A stretch of 64,000 nt of DNA from Chitinophagaceae bacterium. Its GTDB lineage: Bacteria; Bacteroidota; Bacteroidia; Chitinophagales; Chitinophagaceae. The translations under genes and the position numbers were made by a program. Positions within the stretch are counted from its first letter, which is position 1, and each line of letters begins with the position of its first letter. The stretch lies in assembly GCA_016720825.1 (NCBI GenBank), contig JADKJV010000001.1, forward strand, positions 140,930-204,929, given 5' to 3'. A model generated the notes under the pieces. The model had not been told where the DNA came from and made no database searches. It worked only from the letters and a program-made list of their open reading frames with translations. Below are positions 10,502 through 20,368 of this stretch, one piece after another.

Positions 10502-11488
10502 TTATCCCTGTTGCTGGATCAGGTCCATCACCGCAGTGATTTTTTCCCTGTATTCATTTTCGATGAATAACATATCGGCCGGTTCGAGCATGAATGAAGC
10601 CGCAGTGTTTTGACGGGCCTGCTCTACCGTGCGTATACCGGGAATAACTACTGATATTGCGGGGTATGACATGATGTATCGCATAGCCAGATCCGTTTTG
10701 CTGCAGCTGTATTTATCACAAAGTTTCCATACACCGGCAAGCGCTTCATTGGCTTTTTCCACCACTTCTTTCTTCATTCTTTTTTTGCGATGGTCATTGT
10801 CTGCGAACTCAGCTACCCGGTCAAATTTCCCGGTAAGCAATCCAAACTGCAAAGGCATCCTGGCAATTAATCCATACCCTGCACCGGCAGCCTTATCCAG
10901 CAGCGGCAGTGCCCGCTGGTTGATCATATTCAGCACCAGCTGGAATCCATTACCCGCCTGGTGTTTTATTAACCATTCTGCTTCGGGCATCGGATCAAAA
11001 GTATTCAGTGAAATGCCCCAGTAGCGGATCTTGCCCTGTTTTTGCAGGGTGTCCATGGCCTTCAGGCATTCACCTTTTTCGAGGGAATCAACCCTGACTG
11101 TATGCAGCTGGTAATAATCAATAGCTTCTTTTTTCAATCTCCGCAGGCTGTTTTCACAGGCACTGATCAGCCAGGCAGCTGAATAATCGGTAGTGAATAC
11201 GCCATCCCTGGCTACGTTCCCGCCTTTGGTAGCGATCACCACTTCTTTGTTTCCTGCCAGCGTTTTTCCCAGGATTTCTTCGGAATGTCCCAGGCCATAA
11301 ATATCTGCCGTGTCAAAAAAATTGACCCCGGCATCCAGGGCGGCATGGATTGCTTTTACAGATTCGCGGTCATCCACATCGCCCCAGCCAATGGCCGTCT
11401 GTCCCACCATGGCCCCGCCGCCAATGGCCCAGGCGCCAAATCCGGTCTCGCTTACGTTTAATGAAGTATTGCCAAATTTCCTGTATCG
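10502..11488 (-). CDS. Aldo/keto reductase
   Basis: ORF 10502..11515, with the start at MRYRKFGNT. Contains FDTADIYG and other AKR signature segments. Confidence 0.9.
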   Translation of the reverse strand, partial: RYRKFGNTSLNVSETGFGAWAIGGGAMVGQTAIGWGDVDDRESVKAIHAALDAGVNFFDTADIYGLGHSEEILGKTLAGNKEVVIATKGGNVARDGVFTTDYSAAWLISACENSLRRLKKEAIDYYQLHTVRVDSLEKGECLKAMDTLQKQGKIRYWGISLNTFDPMPEAEWLIKHQAGNGFQLVLNMINQRALPLLDKAAGAGYGLIARMPLQFGLLTGKFDRVAEFADNDHRKKRMKKEVVEKANEALAGVWKLCDKYSCSKTDLAMRYIMSYPAISVVIPGIRTVEQARQNTAASFMLEPADMLFIENEYREKITAVMDLIQQQG

Positions 11489-11547
11489 CATAATGAAATA
11501 TACAACCTTATTCAAACTAATGTAATTTTGACAAACACAATTCTGTT

Positions 11548-11955
11548 ATGAACAGACCGATCAGGGTTTTAGTGGCTAAAGTTGGTCTCGACGGTCATGA
11601 CCGCGGAGCTAAAGTTATTGCCACGGCACTGCGTGATGCCGGTATGGAAGTGATTTATACCGGGCTCCGGCAGACTGCAGAAATGGTGGTGAATTCCGCC
11701 CTGCAGGAAGATGTGGATGCTATTGGCGTGAGTATTTTATCCGGCGCCCACATGACTGTTTTCCCCCGTATCATGAACCTGATGAAGGAAAAAGGCATGG
11801 ATGATGTGCTGCTTACCGGCGGGGGAATCATCCCTGAAGACGATATGGAACAGCTCCACACCCTCGGCGTAGGGAAATTATTTGCCCCGGGCACACCAAC
11901 CGCCGATATCTCTTCCTATATTCATGGCTGGGTGGACGAACACCGGAAATTCTGA
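11548..11955 (+). CDS. Cobalamin-binding domain protein (methylmalonyl-CoA mutase C-terminal domain-like)
   Basis: 135 aa. Contains [15 protein letters not shown] (the DxHxxG B12-binding motif) and a SILSGAH segment. Confidence 0.85.
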   Translation: MNRPIRVLVAKVGLDGHDRGAKVIATALRDAGMEVIYTGLRQTAEMVVNSALQEDVDAIGVSILSGAHMTVFPRIMNLMKEKGMDDVLLTGGGIIPEDDMEQLHTLGVGKLFAPGTPTADISSYIHGWVDEHRKF

Positions 11956-12010
11956 CGATTGCTTCCACATGGCAGCCTGCCATGCATTTTCTTTTGTAAA
12001 TTCAGCGCCA

Positions 12011-13463
12011 ATGGAAGCAAATCCTTTACTGTCATCTTATACGCATGAATCCCGGGTCTGGGATGAAATGTTTACCGGCACTGATGTGCGGTCATCTTAC
12101 CGTCAGTTTGTAGATGCCCTGCGTGGTATCCAGGCCGCAGAAATGACACATAAAGATGAACTGGCCAAGAAACTTTTCATGAGCCAGGGCATCACCTTCA
12201 CAGTGTACAGCAGTGGCGAAGGCATTGAAAAAATATTCCCTTTCGATATTGTTCCCCGTATCATTGAAGCTTCTGAATGGAACCTGATTGAGCGGGGAAT
12301 CAAACAGCGGCTCAAAGCACTGAATATTTTCCTGAAAGATATTTACAGCAACCAGTTTATTATCCGTGACGGATTAATCCCCGCCAAACTGATTTACAGT
12401 TGTCCCAATTTCACGCGGCCGATGATGAATGTACCCGTGCCGCATGATATCTATACCCACATTACGGGTATTGACCTGATCCGTGATCATGACGGCAGTT
12501 TTTATGTGCTGGAAGATAACCTGCGCACGCCATCCGGAGTTTCATATATGCTGGAGAACAGGAGCATCACATACCGGATCTTCCCCGACCTGATCCGGAA
12601 AAACAAAGTGCTGCCCGGTAAAAGATTACCCAGACCGGCTGATGAAAAACCTGATGGCTTTGGCGGGCAGGCAGCAGAGCAACCCCACCGTTGTGTTACT
12701 CACGCCCGGTATTTATAACTCCGCTTACTTTGAACATACCACACTGGCAAGACTGATGGGTATTGAACTGGTGGAAGGCCGCGACCTGGTCGTGGATAAT
12801 CATAAAGTGTATATGAAAACCACGCGCGGATTGAAACAAGTGGATGTGATTTACCGGAGGGTGGATGATGATTTTATTGATCCGCTGGTATTCAGGGGCG
12901 ACAGTATGCTGGGGGTTCCCGGTATTTATGGCGCATACCGCAGCGGGAATGTGGCTATCGTGAATGCCATGGGTAATGGTGTGGCAGATGATAAAGCCGT
13001 ATATGCTTATGTGCCCGACATGATCCGGTATTACCTGAATGAGGAGCCTATATTGAAAACCGTTCCCACTTACCAGCTGGCCAATCCTGATCACCGCAAG
13101 CTGGTGTTTGAAAATATGAGTACGATGGTGATCAAGCGCACGAATGAATCGGGCGGCTATGGCATGCTGATCGGCAGCAGCGCCACCGAAAAACAAATGG
13201 AGGAATTCAGGGAAGCAATTACAGAAGATCCGCGGAGTTTTATCGCGCAGCCTATTATCAGTCTTTCGTCGGCACCCTGTTACATCAATGGTATTTTACA
13301 ACCCCGCCGGGTTGACCTGAGGCCTTATGCCTTATACGGACCCGATGGAATAGATATTGTACCGGGCGGTTTAACGCGCGTGGCGCTGAAAGAAGGTTCA
13401 CTGGTTGTTAATTCATCACAGGGTGGAGGCAGTAAGGACACCTGGGTACTGGCAGGAGAATAA
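12011..13463 (+). pseudogene. Circularly permuted type 2 ATP-grasp protein (COG2308); frame broken near 12614-12618 (one extra nucleotide)
   Basis: Start at ATG 12011 (MEANPLLSSY). ORF 11882..12718 and ORF 12642..13463 join as ...KNKVLP|[13 protein letters not shown].... The C-terminus [29 protein letters not shown] is typical of the family. Span is 1453 nt, which is 3n+1. Confidence 0.85.
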
Positions 13464-13490
13464 ATCAATCATCCAAAATTTAATCACACA

Positions 13491-14426
13491 ATGTTAAGCC
13501 GCGTAGCTGATGCTGTTTTCTGGATGGCCCGTTATATGGAAAGAACGAATGGGATGCTGCGGATTCTCCGCACCAATTATATTTCATCACAGGATGAGGT
13601 GAAGAATTTCAGCTGGACACCGCTGCTCCGCAATTTCAGCGATGCACCGGAAGAAAAAAGAGCCGCTATCGGGAATAATTCGCCTGCTGTGATAGAGCAC
13701 CTGCTGCTCGACCGGGATAACGGCGCATCAGTCATAAACAATATCACCAGGGCCCGTGAAAATGCCCGCGCCGTACAGGATCATATTACCAAAGAAGTAT
13801 GGCAATGCCTCAATAATTATTATCACATCATCCGAGAGCCGAATTTGCTGCAACAGCTACAAACCGGTGACCCGGTAACGGTGCTCGATGCCATGGTATA
13901 TCATGGCATGTTATACCACGGCACGGTGGATATCACGATGGCACGCGGCGAGGGATTTAATTATCTCAACATCGGTAAGTTCCTGGAAAGAGGAATCCTT
14001 TCTATTGATATGCTGCATATCAAACTGCTTGAAATGGATTACCACCTGGAACATAAAACCGAAGTACCGGCACTCCGTTACCTGCTCTATTCACTCAGCG
14101 GTTATGAATTGTACATGAAAACCCACCGGGGAAATTTCCAGGTGAACCTGGTACTTGAACTGATTTTGTACAATGATAATTTCCCGCATTCTGTGGCGTA
14201 CTGCCTGAAACAGCTTTACCGTTATTTTGAAAGACTGGAACCGGAAAGCCTGCCGGAAAGTTATAAGCAGCTTGAATTCCTGATCGGCCGGGCTATGACA
14301 AGGGTGAAATACCATTCCATTAATTCAAACGATGGTGAAGGGCTGAAACAATTTTTGCAGCAGGTGAGACAGGATTTTACAGGGATCGCAGCGGCCTTTA
14401 ACCAATATTATTTCGGAAACCAATAA
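13491..14426 (+). CDS. Alpha-E domain protein (COG2307)
   Basis: 311 aa with the N-terminal MLSRVADAVFWMARYMERTN signature of the alpha-E family. It lies immediately downstream of the ATP-grasp gene. Confidence 0.85.
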   Translation: MLSRVADAVFWMARYMERTNGMLRILRTNYISSQDEVKNFSWTPLLRNFSDAPEEKRAAIGNNSPAVIEHLLLDRDNGASVINNITRARENARAVQDHITKEVWQCLNNYYHIIREPNLLQQLQTGDPVTVLDAMVYHGMLYHGTVDITMARGEGFNYLNIGKFLERGILSIDMLHIKLLEMDYHLEHKTEVPALRYLLYSLSGYELYMKTHRGNFQVNLVLELILYNDNFPHSVAYCLKQLYRYFERLEPESLPESYKQLEFLIGRAMTRVKYHSINSNDGEGLKQFLQQVRQDFTGIAAAFNQYYFGNQ

Positions 14427-14439
14427 GATTAATACCAGC

Positions 14440-15393
14440 ATGCCTGAATATAATATCAGACATATCACCAGATATACTTATCCCGCACCGGCTACTGACA
14501 GTGCCAACCAGCTGATCCTATATCCGCACAGCACGGACCACCAGGAATTGCGCGAATACAAGCTGGAGATCTCGCACCAGCCGCATGTTGAATTCTTTAT
14601 TGATTATTTCGGCAATAAAGTGGGGATTTTTTCACTGATCCGTCCGCATACCGAATTACTGATCCGTGCCGAAATGGATGTGGTGACGCATGAAGTGGAA
14701 CTCCCTGCCGATGAGGCCCGGGCTTCGGAACAATGGATAACCCTGGCCGAAGAGAGTGAACAATGGCCCTGCCTTGATTTTATGCTGCAGGAGAAAGCAG
14801 ACATGCATGATGACATTGAAGCCCTCACCCTTTCATTTATTAAAGACGACATCACTCCTTTTGCAGCCGTAAAAACCATGTCATCCTGGATCAATGAGAA
14901 TTTTTCTTATGTAAAAGGAATCACCAGCGTGGAAACCAGTGTGGATGAAATCTGGCGGTTACGAGCCGGCGTATGCCAGGATTTCGCACACATGCTCCTG
15001 GTGATGCTGCGCATGGCTGGGATTCCATCCCGGTATGTAAGCGGATATATCTGTCCCAAAAACCATGAGCTCAGGGGTGAAGGCGCCACGCATGCCTGGG
15101 TCGAAGCCTGGATTCCAAATTATGGGTGGATTGGTGTTGATCCCACCAACAACTGTATTGTGAGTGACCGCCATGTAAGACTGGCTGCAGGCAGGGATTT
15201 CAGTGACTGCACCCCGGTGAAAGGTATTTACAAAGGTCCTTCCCAGCACCTGCTGGAAGTATCTGTTGTGATCAATAATGCCCTGGCTGAAAATGCGGAA
15301 CCGCTCACCCCGGTTTTCACTTATAAAGTAACCCAGGAAAGTCCTTCAGATAATTCTTACCGCAGATTCATGGAAATCCAGCAACAGCAATAA
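14440..15393 (+). CDS. Transglutaminase-like cysteine protease family protein (COG1305)
   Basis: 317 aa with a Bact_transglu_N-like N-terminus (YNIRHITRYTY) and a core with GVCQDFAH...HAWVEAW...DPTN (the Cys-His-Asp triad context). Confidence 0.9.
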   Translation: MPEYNIRHITRYTYPAPATDSANQLILYPHSTDHQELREYKLEISHQPHVEFFIDYFGNKVGIFSLIRPHTELLIRAEMDVVTHEVELPADEARASEQWITLAEESEQWPCLDFMLQEKADMHDDIEALTLSFIKDDITPFAAVKTMSSWINENFSYVKGITSVETSVDEIWRLRAGVCQDFAHMLLVMLRMAGIPSRYVSGYICPKNHELRGEGATHAWVEAWIPNYGWIGVDPTNNCIVSDRHVRLAAGRDFSDCTPVKGIYKGPSQHLLEVSVVINNALAENAEPLTPVFTYKVTQESPSDNSYRRFMEIQQQQ

Positions 15394-15416
15394 CTTGCAT
15401 CCCAAATAATAACGAT

Positions 15417-16197
15417 ATGCCCTACCAAACCCTGCTTGCCGTTCTTGAGCACCACATACTCACGATTACGATTAACCGTCCTGATAAAATGAATGCACTG
15501 AACAGCACTGTGCTTGATGAGCTGAACGCAGTGCTCGACAAAGTGGAAAATCACCATGAAATCAAAGCCGTCATCATTACCGGTGCCGGACCCAAAGCTT
15601 TTGTTGCCGGAGCCGATATCTCCGGAGTTTAACGGCATTGATAAATCTGCAGCCATGGCGATGGCTAAAAAAGGGCAGGATATTTTTTTCCGCATAGAAA
15701 GATCAGCCAAACCAATCGTAGCTGCTGTGAACGGATTTGCACTTGGCGGCGGTTGCGAACTGGCAATGAGCTGCCATTTCAGGATTGCCTCCGATAATGC
15801 CCGCTTTGGCCAGCCGGAAGTAAACCTGGGTTTGATACCCGGTTATGGGGGCACACAAAGACTGGTGCAACTGGTCGGCAAAGGCAAAGCGATGGAATTA
15901 CTGATGAGCGCCAATATGCTGGATGCTGCGGCAGCCCTGCAATGGGGACTGGTGAATCATGTTTGTACCCAGGAGCAACTGATTGAGCAGTGCAAACAAA
16001 TCCTGAATACCATCATCAGCAAAGCACCGCTGGCAGTAGCAGGTTGTATCAAAGCAGCCAATGCCGTGTATGATGAAACGGTAAATGGATTTGAACTTGA
16101 AATAAATGAATTCGGGAATTGCTTTGGCACCGCCGACATGAAAGAAGGCGTTGGCGCTTTCCTGGAAAAAAGGAAACCCGCATTCAAAGGCGCCTGA
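15417..16197 (+). pseudogene. Enoyl-CoA hydratase (crotonase family); frame broken near 15621-15626 (one extra nucleotide)
   Basis: ORFs 15417..15632 and 15556..16197 join as ...FVAGADIS|EFNGID.... Contains AAVNGFALGGGCELAMSCH and EGVGAFLEKRKPAFKG. Span is 781 nt, which is 3n+1. Confidence 0.9.
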
Positions 16198-16208
16198 TCA
16201 GCGTCTTA

Positions 16209-17614
16209 TCAGTTTGCATTAAGCAGATAAGCAGTCACGCCGCTTACGTTATCAATGCCCCTGGCATCTTCGAGGAATACACGGAAAGAACTCACCGTTT
16301 CCACCGGGAATGTAACAATGCGTTTATGCCCGATGGTGTTCCCCTGGATTTCAGCGACTGAACGATTTCCCTTGTATAAAACGATTTTAAACTTGCGGAT
16401 CGTCTGGCCCATGCCAATCGCTTCTCGCAGTATAATGCAGTTCATTTTAGTAGGCTGCTGTAGCTGTACATTAAAATTCTGCAGGTTGATACTGTATGAT
16501 TTCCCGGCCTGGTCATTTCCCCTCACCTGGATATTGTTACCGGGTAATTCAGCCTGGCTGAACTGGTAATAAATGCTGGCATCTTTCAGCAGGTTGTTGC
16601 TGAAACTTTCATCCCGCAATTTTTTAAAGCCATTCAGGCTGGCGATATCTGCATCAGGAATCAGTCCGCGGCTGTCAGGAGGAACATTGAGTAATAAATT
16701 CGCACCTCGACCTACTGACTTCAGGTAAAGCTGGAACAGTTCTTCCGGTGTTTTCACTTTTGCATCTTCATCTGCATGCCAAAACCAGCCCGGACGGATG
16801 CTCACATCACATTCTGAAAGGATCCAGAGTTTACCTGCCACATTACCCTGTGCGAGTGTATCATTATGCGGGGCACCAAGTCCTCTTTTAAATCCGGCGG
16901 TATCCAGGAAATTCCAGTTGGGATCGCCGCGATACCGTTTTCATTGCCTGTCCACCTGATATCAGGTCCGATATCACTGAAGATGACAGTTTGCGGGGAG
17001 ATTTTACGCACGAGTGCTTCATATCTTTTCCAGTCGTACACCTGTTTTTTGCCATTGGGACCTTCGCCGTTGGCGCCATCCCACCATAATTCCCAAACCG
17101 GGCCGTAGTTCAATAAAACTTCACGCAGCATACCGGCAAAATCATCATTGTATTTATCGGTACCGTAATCAGGATGGTTTCGGTCCCAGGGTGAAATATA
17201 CACACCGAAACGAAGTCCGTTTTCGCGGCAGGCTATGGAAAGTTCTTTGAGTACATCGCCTTTGCCATCTTTCCAGCTGCTTTCCCTTACAGTATGTTTT
17301 GAAAATTTACTGGGCCAGAGACAGAAGCCATCGTGGTGTTTGGCGGTTATGATGATTCCTTTGGCGCCGGCAGCTTTAGCGGCCGCACACCATTGGTTGC
17401 AATCGAGCTGGGCAGGATTGAATAATGCTTCTGCTTCATTGCCTTCGCCCCATTCTTTACCGGTAAAAGTATTGGGGCCAAAATGCATGAAGAGGTAGAA
17501 TTCGTTTTCATGCCAGGCCAGCTGCTGTTTGGTGGGCAGCGGGCCGGACTTACCTGTTTGCCCCATTACGGTGGCGCAATACAGGAATGACAAGCTTAAC
17601 AGTATATATTTCAT
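16209..17614 (-). pseudogene. Alpha-L-fucosidase (GH29) with C-terminal discoidin-like domain; frame broken near 16925-16930 (one nucleotide missing)
   Basis: ORF 16802..17614 has a signal peptide, AKHHDGFCLWPS and a GH29 core. ORF 16209..16841 continues with ECDVSIRPGWFWH...LLLNVPPDSRG. Span is 1406 nt, which is 3n+2. Confidence 0.9.
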
Positions 17615-18358
17615 TCTGTCTTATTAAGAGATACGGAATTCCTGCTGTGACCGGATGGTTGGAAACAAAAACCTTTCCCATTAACCGGGCCATCGTTTGT
17701 GCCAGTTGTGCCTGGAACAAAACCATGTTTTGGTTTATTTCACCTTTCTTTTCGATACCGGGGCCCATAGCAGCAAACCATATCTGGTATGAATCAGCTA
17801 TTTTATCATAGTGAGAAGTCCATTCTTCTTTTTTAATATCACCGCGGCCGTGGTCTGTTGTGATCAGTATAGTAGTCTTGCCTTTGTACTGCGGATCACT
17901 TTGCACAAAGTTCCAGATTTCTGCCAGCCAGGCATCCACCTGGTGGGCTGCATCCAGATAAGATTTATACCGGCCGCCGTGTGCCCATTCATCTGTTTCA
18001 CCATAGGATATGTATAAGACACGGGGCTTTTGGTTTTTCAGGTAATCCATGGCTGCAGCATGGGTAAACACATCAAGGCATTCTTCATCACCAAAAGGCC
18101 TGTACGCTTCGGCGTTCATTTTATTTAAGGAAGGAGTTTTTGCCTTCTTTCCGATTCATCAGCTGCCCAGTATTTTTTAAAAATGCCCGCGCTGTCACCC
18201 TGGTTCCATTGGGAATTGTTGGCGATAGCGGAATCCATTCCCCTGAATAAATCCTGCCAGCGGAATCCGTCAGTCGTAACCAGAATTATATTTTGGGAAA
18301 CCTGGCTTTGGGCCTGTGACACGACCAGTGCAAGAGCCAGAAACAAGGTGCATTTCAT
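17550..18358 (-). pseudogene. Small alkaline-phosphatase-superfamily protein; frame broken near 18119-18130
   Basis: ORF 18125..18358 has a signal peptide and [14 protein letters not shown] 17550..18119 has ETDEWAH and TTDHGRG metal-ligand-like motifs. The two pieces are adjacent and out of frame. The 3' end overlaps the fucosidase start by ~65 nt, so the true stop is uncertain. Confidence 0.55.
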
Positions 18359-18477
18359 ATCCTCAATGTTACGATTATTCCTCCAAAATCAGTCAGTCTA
18401 ATGCGTTATATCAGGATGAAATCCCGGGGATGTTCAGCGGTAATTGGATTACCTTTGCGACGTTAAAAAAATTTATT

Positions 18478-19878
18478 ATGGAATACAGGATTGAGAAAGA
18501 CACTATGGGCGAGGTACAGGTTCCCGCCAATGCGTTATTTGGTGCACAGACCCAGCGCAGTATTGACAATTTCAAAATTGCACAGGATATCAACCGCATG
18601 CCGAAAGAAATCATCCATGCTTTTGCTTACCTGAAAAAAGCGGCTGCTATTACTAATACGGAAGCCGGTGTAATGCCGAAAAACAAATCGGCATTGATTG
18701 GTAAAGTATGTGATGAGATCCTGAAAGGCGAGCATGCTGAGTTCTTCCCCCTGGTGGTTTGGCAAACAGGCAGCGGCACGCAAAGTAATATGAATGTAAA
18801 TGAAGTGATCGCTAATCGTGGTCATGTGCTGAAAGGCGGCAAACTGACTGACAAGGAAAAATTCCTGCATCCCAATAATGATGTGAACAAATCACAATCT
18901 TCTAACGATACTTTTCCAACGGCCATGCATATTGCGGCCTATACGACTCTGGTTCACACAACAATTCCTGGCGTTAAAAAACTGCGTGACACCCTTGCGA
19001 AAAAAAGTAAGCAGTATATGAAAGTGGTGAAGATCGGCCGTACGCATTTTATGGATGCAACGCCACTTACGGTGGGGCAGGAATTCAGCGGATATGTTTC
19101 CCAGCTGGATCACGGACTGAAAGCACTTAAAAATACATTACCCCATCTCAGCGAACTGGCACTCGGCGGAACGGCTGTTGGTACTGGCATCAATACCCCT
19201 CCCAATTATGCGGTGAAAGTAGCAGGCCATATTGCCAAACTCACCAAACTTCCTTTCATTACTGCTGAAAATAAATTTGAAGCACTGGCTGCACATGATG
19301 CGATAGTGGAAGCACATGGCGCTTTAAAAACACTGGCGGTAAGTCTGATGAAAATTGCAAATGATATCCGCATGCTTTCATCCGGTCCGCGCAGTGGTAT
19401 CGGTGAAATTTTTATCCCGGATAACGAACCCGGTTCATCTATCATGCCGGGCAAAGTGAATCCCACACAATGTGAAGCGCTTTCCATGATTGCTGCACAG
19501 GTCATGGGTAATGATGTGGCCATTAACATCGGTGGTGCTACAGGTCATTTTGAACTGAATGTATTCAAACCGGTAATGATTTATAATTTCCTGCACAGTG
19601 CACTCCTGATTGGTGATGGTTGTGTGTCGTTTAATGATAAATGTGCAGTGGGACTTAAACCGATTGAAGCCAATATCAAAAAACACGTTGACAACAGCCT
19701 GATGCTGGTAACGGCGCTCAATACTAAAATCGGTTATTATAAAGCGGCAGAGATTGCACAGAAAGCACATAAAGAAGGTACTACGCTGAAAGAAATGGCA
19801 GTGAAGCTGGGTTATGTAACGCCGGCCCAATTTGATGAATGGGTGGTTCCGGCCAACATGGTTGGTAAACTCGGTTAA
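18478..19878 (+). CDS. fumC: Class II fumarate hydratase
   Basis: ORF 18316..19878, with the start taken at ATG 18478 ([13 protein letters not shown]). Contains the [15 protein letters not shown] signature. Confidence 0.95.
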   Translation: MEYRIEKDTMGEVQVPANALFGAQTQRSIDNFKIAQDINRMPKEIIHAFAYLKKAAAITNTEAGVMPKNKSALIGKVCDEILKGEHAEFFPLVVWQTGSGTQSNMNVNEVIANRGHVLKGGKLTDKEKFLHPNNDVNKSQSSNDTFPTAMHIAAYTTLVHTTIPGVKKLRDTLAKKSKQYMKVVKIGRTHFMDATPLTVGQEFSGYVSQLDHGLKALKNTLPHLSELALGGTAVGTGINTPPNYAVKVAGHIAKLTKLPFITAENKFEALAAHDAIVEAHGALKTLAVSLMKIANDIRMLSSGPRSGIGEIFIPDNEPGSSIMPGKVNPTQCEALSMIAAQVMGNDVAINIGGATGHFELNVFKPVMIYNFLHSALLIGDGCVSFNDKCAVGLKPIEANIKKHVDNSLMLVTALNTKIGYYKAAEIAQKAHKEGTTLKEMAVKLGYVTPAQFDEWVVPANMVGKLG

Positions 19879-19936
19879 TTACTTAGTAAAACCACGAATT
19901 GATCAGGAACAATTACTGAATTCAATTATTAATACG

Positions 19937-19966
19937 AATCCCCGCTTGTATAGCGGGGATTTTTGT
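19937..19966 (+). terminator. Rho-independent terminator after fumC
   Basis: Stem aatccccgc / gcggggatt with a 7-nt loop, followed by tttttg. Confidence 0.75.
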
Positions 19967-20018
19967 ATTTATCTTGTACGTAGAACCATTATCCAAACGA
20001 AAAACAAAATCCATCGCT

Positions 20019-20286
20019 ATGAAGAGTACTGTAAAGGCACCTGTTTATATTTCTGCCACTCCATTGAGAGCCATCGCTCCGCCGGTTGAAAAAACAATCA
20101 CTTTCAGAACAGTCCCCCTACCTGCGCCGGGTATTAGCCGGTAACAAAAGTACAGTTAGCCGCGGACGTGTTTTACCCCTTGATCAGTCTAAAATCACCA
20201 AACCAGGAATTTTGATGTCGCGCCTGAACCGTTCAAACGGCAAGGCCGATCTGAAAGAAAAAGACTGGTTCAACCACTACGAATAA
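20019..20286 (+). CDS. Possible small hypothetical protein (two overlapping short ORFs, possibly one gene with a 1-nt indel)
   Basis: ATG at 20019 opens a 41-codon frame. ORF 20086..20286 lies in the next frame. The unit is bracketed by two good terminators (19937-19966 and 20318-20346). Span is 268 nt, which is 3n+1. No family recognised. Confidence 0.25.
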
Positions 20287-20317
20287 TACTTTCGATAAAC
20301 CCTTGAGCAAAAAATAA

Positions 20318-20346
20318 GCCCCCGGTAACGGGGGCATATTTTTTTG
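20318..20346 (+). terminator. Rho-independent terminator
   Basis: Stem gcccccg / cgggggc with loop gtaa, followed by atattttttt. Confidence 0.75.
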
Positions 20347-20368
20347 TGTAATACCAGGAAGAAGCTGG

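Noticed and set aside
11548-11955. The B12-binding domain gene as part of the ATP-grasp / alpha-E / transglutaminase system
   Set aside because: It is separated by a 55-nt gap, and its sequence matches the C-terminal domain of methylmalonyl-CoA mutase-type enzymes, which fits the mce gene elsewhere in the window. I have no evidence of functional linkage, so I mention it only as a neighbour.
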